Shown one piece after another: positions 50,504 to 59,639 of a stretch of DNA of 64,000 nt (position 1 is the first letter of the stretch; each line of letters opens with the position of its first letter). Made by a program: the position numbers and the translations under genes. Location: assembly GCA_016181045.1 (NCBI GenBank), contig JACPAB010000003.1, positions 7,652 to 71,651 of the forward strand, given 5' to 3'. The notes under the pieces are model-generated. The model saw only the letters and a program-made list of their open reading frames with translations. It was not told the origin of the DNA and did no database searches. This DNA is from Candidatus Yanofskybacteria bacterium (lineage in GTDB: Bacteria; Patescibacteriota; Minisyncoccia; 2-02-FULL-40-12; GWA2-44-9).

Positions 50504-50628
50504 TCGGACGGATAACGGGGTGAGGAGCAACAAGAAAATAGGGTTCAGGTCAAAATTCTTAAATTGTTGAGGATTCTGATCTGAATCTGTCGGTTGCTCT
50601 ATTTTCCGGGTACCCGTCCACATTTCGG

Positions 50629-52737
50629 ATGGAAGTAAAAACGTATAAGACGGAGTTTGCGGAGAAGCCGCTTTCGGTCGAATTCGGGCGTCTCGGCGGG
50701 CAAGCTAACGGTTCTTGCCGCGTTCAGTACGGCGAAACAACCGTGCTTATCAACGCCACCATGTCGGCTCACCAAAAGCAGGTGGACTACATGCCCCTTT
50801 CGGTTGATTACGAAGAAAAGTATTATGCCGCCGGCAAGATTAAGGGCTCAAGGTGGATAAAAAGAGAAACCCGCCCTTCGGATGAAGCCATTTTGTCCGG
50901 CCGAGTTATTGACCGCGCCATTCGCCCGCGATTTGACCACAACATCAGGAACGAGATCCAGGTCGTCGCAACGGTCCTTTCTTTTGATGGAGTGAACGAT
51001 CCGGACATGCCCGCTCTCTTTGGGGCATCATTAGCTCTTATGACCTCCGATATTCCCTTTGACGGCCCGATTGCTGGGGTAAGGGTCGGCAGAGTGGGCG
51101 GCAAACTGATATTCAACCCTACCTACAAAGAAAGAGCCGAAAGCGATTTCGACGTCGTTGTTGCCGGAACAGCCAATAAAATAAATATGATTGAGGCCGG
51201 AGCGAAAATAGTTCCCGAAAAAAACATAGCCGAAGCCATAACAGCCGGGTTTCAAGAGTTTCAGGGTTTAATAAAGTTTCAAAGTAAGATTGCGGCAGAA
51301 ATGGGAAAAAATAAGAAAGAATTGGTCGTGTTCAGCCGAGATGAAGCTCTTGTGCTGACTGTCAGGAATTTCGCCGACCCGAAGCTCGAGAAAACCCTCT
51401 TTGCTCCCGGAAAAACAAAGGGTGAATTTTATGAGGGACTTGGCCAGATAAAAGAAGAAACCATGGCTTACGTTAAAGAGCAGTATAAGGACCATCCCGA
51501 ATTGGGCAAAAAAATGGCCGAGACCGATGCTATTTTTGAAGAAGAGATAGACCGTATCGTCCACAGGAATATTCTTACGGAAGAAAAGAGGCCCGATGGT
51601 AGAAAGGTTGACCAATTGAGGGACTTAAATGCCGATGTCGGCATTATCCCCCATACTCACGGGTCGGGATTATTTAACAGAGGAACAACCCAAGCCCTTT
51701 CCATGCTTACTCTTGCTGCTCCCGGTATGGAGCAATGGATAGAAACGATGGAAATAAACCTCACAAAAAAGAGATTCATGCACCATTATATTTTCCCGCC
51801 TTTCAGTGTGGGTGAAGTGGGCAGGATGGGCGGAGGCGGACGGCGTGAAATTGGCCACGGGGCTTTGGCCGAAAGGTCTCTGGAACCGATAATTCCGGCA
51901 AAAGATAAATTCCCTTACACGATCAGGGTTGTCTCCGAAATACTTTCATCCAACGGCTCTTCTTCTATGGCCTCGGTGTGCGGTTCTTCGCTGGCCTTGA
52001 TGGACGGCGGCGTGCCCATCAAATCCCCTGCCGCCGGTATCGCGATGGGACTGATGTTTGATGAAAAAGGAGAGAAGTATAAGATCCTTACCGATATTCA
52101 AGGTCCGGAGGACCATCATGGCGACATGGATTTGAAAGTTGCCGGAACCAGAGACGGCGTGACCGGAATGCAGATGGATGTAAAGGTAGAAGGCATCACA
52201 ACCGAAATAGTCGAAAAAGCCCTTGAGCAGGCCAAAAAGGCGCGTTTGGAAATACTCGAGGTCATGGAAAAATCTATCTCCACTCCACGCCCAGAGTTGT
52301 CTCAATATGCTCCCCGTGTGGAAACGATTAAAATAAATCCCGCCAAAATAGGCGCTTTGATAGGCCCTGGAGGCAAGGTTATCAATGACATAATCGAGAG
52401 GACCGGAGCCGAGATAGACATTGAAGACGACGGTTCGGTTTTTGTCACGTCGCTTACTCCGGAGGGAATGAAAAAGGCAATGGAGTTAATTAAAGACATC
52501 ACCTATGAGCCCCAGTCGGGAGACGAGTTTGACGGCACGGTTGTAAGCATCAGGGACTTCGGCGCCTTTGTTGAAATAATGCCCGGCAGGGACGGGATGG
52601 TTCATATCTCCGAAATAAGCAATGAACGAGTGGGCAAAGTTTCCGATGTTTTGAAAATGGGCCAGAAAGTCCACGTTTGGGTCAAAGGCGTGGATGATAT
52701 GGGCAAAGTTTCTCTTACGATGAAGGGGCCGAGATAA
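50629..52737 (+). CDS. pnp: polyribonucleotide nucleotidyltransferase
   Basis: IDRAIRP, RREIGHG, SNGSSSMASVC, GDMDLKVAG, KH and S1 domains. Confidence 0.99.
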   Translation: MEVKTYKTEFAEKPLSVEFGRLGGQANGSCRVQYGETTVLINATMSAHQKQVDYMPLSVDYEEKYYAAGKIKGSRWIKRETRPSDEAILSGRVIDRAIRPRFDHNIRNEIQVVATVLSFDGVNDPDMPALFGASLALMTSDIPFDGPIAGVRVGRVGGKLIFNPTYKERAESDFDVVVAGTANKINMIEAGAKIVPEKNIAEAITAGFQEFQGLIKFQSKIAAEMGKNKKELVVFSRDEALVLTVRNFADPKLEKTLFAPGKTKGEFYEGLGQIKEETMAYVKEQYKDHPELGKKMAETDAIFEEEIDRIVHRNILTEEKRPDGRKVDQLRDLNADVGIIPHTHGSGLFNRGTTQALSMLTLAAPGMEQWIETMEINLTKKRFMHHYIFPPFSVGEVGRMGGGGRREIGHGALAERSLEPIIPAKDKFPYTIRVVSEILSSNGSSSMASVCGSSLALMDGGVPIKSPAAGIAMGLMFDEKGEKYKILTDIQGPEDHHGDMDLKVAGTRDGVTGMQMDVKVEGITTEIVEKALEQAKKARLEILEVMEKSISTPRPELSQYAPRVETIKINPAKIGALIGPGGKVINDIIERTGAEIDIEDDGSVFVTSLTPEGMKKAMELIKDITYEPQSGDEFDGTVVSIRDFGAFVEIMPGRDGMVHISEISNERVGKVSDVLKMGQKVHVWVKGVDDMGKVSLTMKGPR

Positions 52738-52805
52738 GCTCTCCAGCCCCAATACCCAAGACCGACCGATAGTTCGGCTTTCCGGCGAAACCGACTATCT
52801 ACATG

Positions 52806-52846
52806 CTACAGAGTTTCCCGGCTAAAGCACGGGAACCTACTCCGAG
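52806..52846. repeat. palindromic element family C, copy 1
   Basis: CTACAGAGTTTCCCGGCTAAAGCACGGGAACCTACTCCGAG; homologous to 63601-63643. Confidence 0.85.
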
Positions 52847-52937
52847 ACGGCGTTTTGGTCGCCTTTGGCGACACCAAGCCAAAATGCCTGCGCAAGTTCG
52901 TTCTGTGGGTATTGGGGCTTTCGCTTGAAGTTAAGTA

Positions 52938-52970
52938 TTATAAAACCGGCCCCAAAGGCCGGTTTTATAA
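52938..52970. terminator. terminator-like hairpin
   Basis: TTATAAAACCGGCC-CCAAA-GGCCGGTTTTATAA. Confidence 0.7.
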
Positions 52971-52973
52971 TTG

Positions 52974-53039
52974 ACCCCGTAGTGAATTTTCCGAAATTTT
53001 TTGGCGACTTTGTCGCAATCGGAAAATCTACTACAGGGT
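52974..53039. repeat. hairpin family G, copy 2
   Basis: Arms shared with 49513-49585. Confidence 0.8.
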
Positions 53040-53068
53040 TGACAAATGGGTTTTAAGTGTGGTATACT
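53039..53068 (+). promoter_or_regulatory. sigma70 promoter
   Basis: TTGACA-N18-(TGG)TATACT. Confidence 0.75.
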
Positions 53069-53136
53069 TTAAATACAGTTCGTTCTGTCAAAACTCAGTA
53101 TGCGCTGAGCTGGAAGGCAAAGCGTAGGAGGAGAAA

Positions 53137-53325
53137 ATGCAGCAAGTTATCAGAGATGGCCCGGTCAGTGTCGACTACGACCCAGAGAAGAAAGAGTTAG
53201 TGATCCGAAACAAGGTTACGGATCATGCGTGTCCTGGTCGCATCCGTTTCTTCGATGACGGGAAGATACTCGTGTCGCCATTCGGACCGTTCGAACTTGT
53301 TGGCAACAGTATCAAGTTTGGTTAG
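53137..53325 (+). CDS. small hypothetical protein (62 aa)
   Basis: Own promoter, SD AGGAGG, downstream hairpin with T-tract. Confidence 0.7.
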   Translation: MQQVIRDGPVSVDYDPEKKELVIRNKVTDHACPGRIRFFDDGKILVSPFGPFELVGNSIKFG

Positions 53326-53419
53326 TAGCCTCGACACAGGAGGTATCAGCGGTCATCATTTGAAGACCACTGGACCTTCTGTGCGGGCTTTTTTTGTTTG
53401 GGAAAATAATCAAGCGGAG

Positions 53420-53614
53420 CCAAACATTCTCTCTGACATACCCGCAGGCAAGTCATGAAATGAAAGGCGGACAATAAAGAGTCCGAAATAATAGGTCGAG
53501 CGGTCGCCAAAGGCGACAGGCAAGTGCGGGTTACCTGTTATTTCGGGAACTCTTTCCAGACGCTCTTGAATTGAATGGCGAAGGCGAGGACCGGATGGAA
53601 GAGAGGATGTTTGG
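53420..53614. repeat. long hairpin family H, copy 1
   Basis: Core homologous to the reverse complement of 57671-57833. Confidence 0.85.
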
Positions 53615-53669
53615 CGGAGCGTCCTTTGTTTACAACTTTATTTTGTTGTTGTGCTAAAATGAATTTAAT

Positions 53670-53745
53670 CAAATAGCCAATAGCGAATAGCCAATAGCGA
53701 ATAGTAAAAAACTAGTCGCTAATCGCCAGTCGCTAATTGCTAATC
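53670..53745. repeat. 7-bp-period inverted repeat tract
   Basis: AATAGCC/AATAGCG units followed by TCGCTAA-type units. Confidence 0.8.
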
Positions 53746-55266
53746 ATGGCTGACGATCAAGGAGGACCGAAAATCGCAAGCATAGACGAATTGGTCAATG
53801 AACTGACCAAGAAGAATTCTTCACCACCCAAGCCACCAATGGGCGGTCAGTTTCAACCTAATCCTGCCCCGGCGCCTGCTCCTTCACCAGCGCCCCAGAC
53901 GGCAGTTCCGCAGCCGGAAATACCCAAACCAAAGTTCACTCCTCCGCCTCTTCCGTCGGCAATGCCAAGACCGGCTACTCCTTCGACGGGCTCCCAGCCT
54001 TCGCAAAGCTATGGCGGGCAGGCAGGACCTTCGGCTGCTCCGGCCCCAATGCCAGCTCCTACACCAAAGCCATCCGCACCGCCTCCGTCAGCCGCGGCAC
54101 CTGTAAAAGAATACCAGTCGTCCATCAGGACAATGAAAGAGGATATTTCAACATTAAAAATGGGTCAAAAACCTGCCGGGGTTGATGTTCCCAGGAAAGT
54201 TGAAGCACCTGTACCGAGCGGCCCTCCCGGACCCAAGATAGTTCCGCCGCCCAACACTCCAGGACAGTTCAAAATGCCTTCTGCGGGGCTGGGTCAAGCT
54301 GAAAAAGCTGCTCCCCTTCCTCAAACTAAAGAACCCATCTCTCCACCCATGCCTACCGGCAGACAGGCAGTTCGAGGACCCAGCTTACCGCCAGCCGGTA
54401 GGCCCGCTCCTCTGCCAGTTGGCGGACCGCAAAAGTCCCAAATATATGCGCCTCCTTTACCAACAGGAGGAATATCCGGCAGTCGGAATCGCTTATTCGG
54501 GATTATCATCGGAGCCGCGGTTTTGTTCGGCGCGCTTTACTGGTTCCTGGTCTTAAGGGTTCCCGAGCCGGAAGTAGTCCTGGAAACACCCACGCCAACC
54601 CCCGTGGCAACACCAATACCCGACTTAAGCTCTGTTTTGGCTGGATTAGAAAGCCAGACAGTTTGTACCGCTGGTTGTACTGTGGATGATTTTATTTCAA
54701 ATATTAGCAGTGGGACGATAAATGGCGGACAATTTAAAAAGGTTTATTTGAGTGAAAATGACACATCCGGTAATGTGGCTGAGGTTTTAGATTCTTTGGG
54801 CCTAGTATATCCTGCCCGGCTTAAAGAATCATTGGGCCCCGATTCTTTTGTTTTGACGTATGGCCAAAAAGAAATATTTGATTCAAAAGGATTTCTTGTA
54901 ATAAGCGCTCCTGTAGAAAAAAGGTTTGTGTTCATATCTGAAGTCAAGGATTCATCCCTAGTTAATCAAGAAGCAAAAGCATGGGAACCGACCCTGACCG
55001 AGGCCTTCCGGCAATTATTCGGCTTAAATCCGGCGCAACAACCAGAACCTAATTTTCTAAACAACACCTACCAGGGCTCCGCCATAAGGTTCAGGAATTT
55101 CCCCTACGCTGACAGAAGCATAGATATCGGTGTTGTTTCGGCAATAAACGGGAAAAGTTACCTTGTTATTGCCGGCTCGAGGGAATCAATGTTCGCTACT
55201 ATAGATGTTTTGAAGGGTCTTACAGTATTAAGTTCACCAACCCCGCCTCCGTCACCTATTCCGTAA
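53746..55266 (+). CDS. proline-rich bitopic membrane protein
   Basis: Pro-rich N-terminus with IRTMKEDI, one TM helix, folded C-terminal domain. Confidence 0.75.
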   Translation: MADDQGGPKIASIDELVNELTKKNSSPPKPPMGGQFQPNPAPAPAPSPAPQTAVPQPEIPKPKFTPPPLPSAMPRPATPSTGSQPSQSYGGQAGPSAAPAPMPAPTPKPSAPPPSAAAPVKEYQSSIRTMKEDISTLKMGQKPAGVDVPRKVEAPVPSGPPGPKIVPPPNTPGQFKMPSAGLGQAEKAAPLPQTKEPISPPMPTGRQAVRGPSLPPAGRPAPLPVGGPQKSQIYAPPLPTGGISGSRNRLFGIIIGAAVLFGALYWFLVLRVPEPEVVLETPTPTPVATPIPDLSSVLAGLESQTVCTAGCTVDDFISNISSGTINGGQFKKVYLSENDTSGNVAEVLDSLGLVYPARLKESLGPDSFVLTYGQKEIFDSKGFLVISAPVEKRFVFISEVKDSSLVNQEAKAWEPTLTEAFRQLFGLNPAQQPEPNFLNNTYQGSAIRFRNFPYADRSIDIGVVSAINGKSYLVIAGSRESMFATIDVLKGLTVLSSPTPPPSPIP

Positions 55267-55267
55267 C

Positions 55268-55395
55268 AGTGTCACCCAGTGTCACCAATAAATGACAATG
55301 TTAGAGCCATATTTTGATGGTGACACTGATTGGTGACATGGTGACAAAAGTTATCCACATGGTGACATTGACGTGTCACCTTAAAGAGTTAAAAT
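55268..55395 (+). promoter_or_regulatory. TGTCACC/GGTGACA array with DnaA box and promoter
   Basis: Seven heptamer copies, TTATCCACA, TTGACG-N16-TAAAAT. Confidence 0.6.
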
Positions 55396-55575
55396 GAAAG
55401 TAGGTCTTTCGCTGGTTGTCTGACACGTTCGTGGATTGCCGGCAATTCATTAGGGCTTTCGCGGCCCACTAAGGCGCAGTGCTCACACTCGCAATTCATT
55501 TGTTTTTGCTCAGGAGCGCTCTGCGCCTTTTAAGTTTTTATCCAAGAGTGAAACGATTGGCTTACAAAAACTTAA

Positions 55576-55634
55576 CCCCGCACCAAACCCGCCCCCTTTC
55601 TGAATGGCGGTCAGCGGAAAAGATTGGTGCGGGG
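55576..55634. repeat. palindromic element family B, copy 2 (intergenic)
   Basis: Near-identical to 25163-25221. Confidence 0.9.
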
Positions 55635-55671
55635 TTGTTTTATTAAAATATTATCGTTATCATATATATTT

Positions 55672-56043
55672 ATGACTAAAGATGAACTCCAAAAATTATA
55701 CGAAGACCTCGAGCTGGAAGAAAAGAATTTAAGGAAGCAGTTGGCCGAAATAGCCGAGCAGAATCCCGCCATACGGGGCGATTATCAGGTTAAGGTTCCC
55801 GAATATGGAGAACATGAAGACGAGAACGCCATGGAGGCGACCGACCTGGACAGGAATTTTGCCATGGAAAGGGAGCTGGAAAACAAGCTCAACGAAATAT
55901 TGAAGACCAAAGAAAAGATCAAAAAAGGAACTTATGGAAAATGCGAGAGTTGCTCTGCCGAAATAGCGCCGGCCCGGCTTAAGGTAAGGCCGGTAGCGGC
56001 ACTTTGCATAAGTTGCGCCAAGTCAGGTAGTAAATCCAACTAA
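55672..56043 (+). CDS. DksA/TraR C4-type zinc finger protein
   Basis: Coiled coil; GTYGKCESC...I...RL..RPVAALCISC. Confidence 0.9.
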   Translation: MTKDELQKLYEDLELEEKNLRKQLAEIAEQNPAIRGDYQVKVPEYGEHEDENAMEATDLDRNFAMERELENKLNEILKTKEKIKKGTYGKCESCSAEIAPARLKVRPVAALCISCAKSGSKSN

Positions 56044-56104
56044 ATTCACCCCCACACTCATGTATGAGTGTGGGGGTTCGACCCGGAGGGAGTCGAACCC
56101 CCTT

Positions 56105-57643
56105 TTGTCCACTAGATTATTTTCATCGGCAATATCCGGGATAGATGCCAAACTCATAGAAGTTGAAGCCGATTCTTTTCCCGGCCTTCATTCTTTTACC
56201 GTCGTCGGCTTGCCGGACAAATCGGTTCAGGAGGCCAAGGACCGGATATCTTCCGCTATTAAGAATAGCGGATTTCAGGCACCCAACAGAAAACACAAGA
56301 AAATAGTGGTTAATCTGGCCCCGGCAGACATAAAAAAGGAAGGTCCTTCTTATGACCTTCCCATTGCTTTGAGTTTTCTGGTCGAGACGAACCAACTCAA
56401 GTTCGACTCCTCAAAGACCCTTTTCATGGGCGAGCTCTCCCTGGATGGATCATTGAAACCCACAAACGGGGTTTTGGCGTCGGCGATATTGGCTAAAAAT
56501 CAGGATTTTAAGGAGATCATTGTCCCCTATCAGAACGTTGATGAAGCCGCCGTTATCGGCGGATTGAATGCGGTCGGGGCAAGAACGATAACCGAAGTCG
56601 TCAACCACCTCAACGAGATAAAAAGAATAAAGTCGTCCCCACCCTCGAGAGTTCCGGAAAAATCCAGTGATTTGGCTCTTTTCTCTTCGATCCAGGGCCA
56701 GGAATCAGCCAAAAGGGGCATTACTATTGCCGCCGCCGGCTTCCACAATGTTCTTATGTGGGGCCCTCCCGGTTCCGGTAAGACCCTTCTTTCCAAAGCT
56801 CTGGTCGAATTAATGCCGAAAATGTCGGTTGCCGAGTCGCTGGACGTGGCCAAGATATACAGCTCCGTCGGGTTGTTGAAAGGCAGTCCCCTGTCTCTGG
56901 AAAGGCCATTTCGCAGTCCACACCACACAACCTCCGCTCCGGCAGTTATCGGAGGAGGCGCTTGGCCCAAGCCCGGAGAGATAAGTTTGGCCCATAGAGG
57001 GGTGCTTTTTCTTGATGAATTGCCTGAATTTCCCAGGAATGTTCTGGAAGCCCTCCGTCAGCCCCTCGAAGATGGTAAAGTAACCGTATCGAGAGCTGCC
57101 GGCTCGGTTGAACTGCCGGCCAAGTTTATGCTAACGGCGGCCATGAACCCATGTCCCTGCGGGAATCACGGCGAGGAAAAGCTTGCCTGTATCTGCTCCC
57201 TTATCTCAATATTGAGGTATAGAAAGAAGATTTCCGGCCCGCTCTTGGACAGGATAGACATTCAACTTAATGTTCCGCGCGAAACAATCGTCCGGGGGAC
57301 GATTGTTTCCGTCACCGCAGGGGCGGCTGGGGGCGATCCTCGCCCCAAGATAAAGCTTGCCCAAGAGATCCAGCAGGCCAGATTCAAAGGTTCCGGTATT
57401 TTGTTCAACTCCGAAATAAACTACAAAAATATAGATAAATACTGTGTTTTGAGCCGAGAGGCGGACGAATTTTTGAATAGATCGGCGAACATAAACTCCC
57501 TGTCCCTAAGGTCCTATCACAAGATAAAGAAACTTGCCCGCACCATAGCCGATATGGACGATTCTGAAATTATCCACGAGAAACACATAGCCGAAGCGGT
57601 CGGATTGAGGATTAACGACAAAATGGCCTCTGACTTGGCGTAG
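56105..57643 (+). CDS. comM: YifB/ComM Mg-chelatase-family AAA+ ATPase
   Basis: VVGLPD, NLAPADIKKEG, GPPGSGKT, FRSPHH, GEISLAHRGVLFLDE, SGPLLDRID; probable TTG start. Confidence 0.95.
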   Translation: MSTRLFSSAISGIDAKLIEVEADSFPGLHSFTVVGLPDKSVQEAKDRISSAIKNSGFQAPNRKHKKIVVNLAPADIKKEGPSYDLPIALSFLVETNQLKFDSSKTLFMGELSLDGSLKPTNGVLASAILAKNQDFKEIIVPYQNVDEAAVIGGLNAVGARTITEVVNHLNEIKRIKSSPPSRVPEKSSDLALFSSIQGQESAKRGITIAAAGFHNVLMWGPPGSGKTLLSKALVELMPKMSVAESLDVAKIYSSVGLLKGSPLSLERPFRSPHHTTSAPAVIGGGAWPKPGEISLAHRGVLFLDELPEFPRNVLEALRQPLEDGKVTVSRAAGSVELPAKFMLTAAMNPCPCGNHGEEKLACICSLISILRYRKKISGPLLDRIDIQLNVPRETIVRGTIVSVTAGAAGGDPRPKIKLAQEIQQARFKGSGILFNSEINYKNIDKYCVLSREADEFLNRSANINSLSLRSYHKIKKLARTIADMDDSEIIHEKHIAEAVGLRINDKMASDLA

Positions 57644-57646
57644 ATA

Positions 57647-57857
57647 AAAGCGAAGCCCTAACACTTTTTACATCCAGTCCTCGCCTTCGTCACTCACCTT
57701 AAAACGTCTGTAAAGAGCATCTAAAATAACAGGTAACCCTCGCTTGCCTCCAAGCTAAAGCTTGGCGCTCGACCTATTATTTTAGGCCTCTTTATTGTCC
57801 GTCTTTCAGCTCATGACTCGCCTGCGGGTATGTAAAAAGCGTCATGGCCTTCGCTTT
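57647..57857. repeat. long hairpin family H, copy 2 (inverted)
   Basis: AAAGCGAAG...CTTCGCTTT ends; core homologous to 53436-53597. Confidence 0.85.
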
Positions 57858-58040
57858 AAGTTAACAAAAAGCTCCCGGCCATATCCCTATCATTCAGCAC
57901 TCCTGGAGCGATACGGTAACATAAAGAGCATCCGAGATAGCAAAGAACAAATATAGCGAAGCGCTCTTGTTCTTTGCGTTAATGAGGATGCCCGCACAGG
58001 ATGTTCCGTGCGGAACACTTCGGTTGGCTCAGTGTCGGCA

Positions 58041-58412
58041 TTAGGCGTCTATGTTCTTGAAGTGCTTGATTTTGGCCACATGTCTGGCTTTATCCAGAGT
58101 TAGGGACAAGATGTCTATTTGCCATTCCTGGTCTGGGCCGCATCTTTTGTCGGTCAAGTATGTCCTGGCCGCTCTGACTATCCTTTTCAGCTTTTCCTTG
58201 TTCACTCTTAATTCCGGCTCAAACCCGGTTATTTCTTTGCTATTGGCTTTAACTTCAACAAAAACCAAAACTCCTTCTTTTTCGGCTATTACGTCTATTT
58301 CTCCCCACGGTTTTCTGTAATTTAAGGCCAAAATTGTATAATTTCTGGATTGCAGAAACTCGGAAGCGTATTTTTCCGCCAAGGCCCCAAATTCGGACGT
58401 CTTTGATTCCAT
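58041..58412 (-). CDS. yraN: YraN family endonuclease
   Basis: GALAEKYA..FL, NYR..WGEIDVIA, LVFVEVK. Confidence 0.92.
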   Translation of the reverse strand: MESKTSEFGALAEKYASEFLQSRNYTILALNYRKPWGEIDVIAEKEGVLVFVEVKANSKEITGFEPELRVNKEKLKRIVRAARTYLTDKRCGPDQEWQIDILSLTLDKARHVAKIKHFKNIDA

Positions 58413-58586
58413 GGGACATAATTTAGCACTAAAATTATAAAGTTAATATCAACAGTTACGAATTGACCCCGGGTTTCTAAAATGCTATCTTTACTTCTGT
58501 AATTCTCGCAAGAGGGTTTTTGCTTTTTAGGGAAGTTTTAATTACTAAAATCGATTAGTACTAAACTCAAAAATTTCATAGCGTCT

Positions 58587-59639
58587 TTGCGTGGGAAATT
58601 GATAATCCCGGAGAGCCGTTTTTCCAATTTCTACGGCGTTCTGCTCCTGGCCCTGTTTTTGATTGCTTTCAAGGGTGGTTCCGGAGAGGGCCAGTCCAGT
58701 TTGTTCAGCAATTTGATAAGGAAATACGTCGAAGAAACCTCCGCCTCCATAATCTCTTATACGTCGCACAATCAAGTGGCGGACCTGACCAGTTTGGCGG
58801 TTATGCAGGATATGGGTCAAGGTGGGGAGGATACTGATTTGGAACTGTCTACCATTCAAGACAGTTCTTTTTTGTCTAATAATCCGGTCACTATGGACTA
58901 TCTGGACTTCGGCTTCAAGCAGAACCAGATAGCCAAATATGAAGTTCAGCCGGGGGATGCGCTGTCTTTTATTGCCTCCGACTATGGCGTAAGCATCAAT
59001 TCCATTATTTGGGCCAATGGTTTGACTAAAGCGGACAACATCAGTCCGGGACAGATATTGAGAATACCTCCAGTTACCGGTGTTATTCACAAGATAAAGA
59101 AAGGTGATACCCTCGATTCCATTGCCAAGAAATATGGAGCTGAAAAAGAAAAAATAATTCAGTTCAACAGGCTTTCTGACAGCGGCATACTGGCGGTAGA
59201 TGACGAATTGGTGGTGCCTGATGGGAAAATGGCCTCTCCGGCCAATGTCCAGGCAACGACAGCTGCAAGATTCTCTCATTTGCCTGATCTGGGTGATTAT
59301 TTCCTTATTCCAACCACCGGCCGTAATTGGAGAAGAATTCACGGCAGGAACGGAGTAGATATTGCCAACTCATGCGGAACGCCGATATTTGCTTCTGCCG
59401 ACGGTTCTGCCGCCATAGTTGATGGGGTGGGATATAACGGGGGATTCGGTAAGTTCATAAAATTGATCCATTCCAACGGGACAGAAACGCTTTACGCTCA
59501 TGCAAGCAAACTGCTTATTACTTCAGGCCAACTTGTCCAGAGAGGCCAACAGATAGCTTTGATTGGAACAACCGGCCGCTCGACCGGTTGCCATTTACAT
59601 TTCGAAGTGCACGGCGCCAAAAATCCTCTATTGAAATAA
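58587..59639 (+). CDS. LysM-repeat M23 family peptidase
   Basis: Two LysM domains, GVDIA, YAH, TGRSTGCHLHFEV. Confidence 0.93.
   Translation: MRGKLIIPESRFSNFYGVLLLALFLIAFKGGSGEGQSSLFSNLIRKYVEETSASIISYTSHNQVADLTSLAVMQDMGQGGEDTDLELSTIQDSSFLSNNPVTMDYLDFGFKQNQIAKYEVQPGDALSFIASDYGVSINSIIWANGLTKADNISPGQILRIPPVTGVIHKIKKGDTLDSIAKKYGAEKEKIIQFNRLSDSGILAVDDELVVPDGKMASPANVQATTAARFSHLPDLGDYFLIPTTGRNWRRIHGRNGVDIANSCGTPIFASADGSAAIVDGVGYNGGFGKFIKLIHSNGTETLYAHASKLLITSGQLVQRGQQIALIGTTGRSTGCHLHFEVHGAKNPLLK

Noticed and set aside
55268..55380. CRISPR array
   Set aside because: Repeats are only 7-9 bp, in both orientations, with no regular unique spacers; no cas genes in the window
55400..55575. tmRNA, RNase P RNA or SRP RNA
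   Set aside because: No tRNA-like ends, no GAGGAAAGUCC signature and no SRP helix-8 motif were seen
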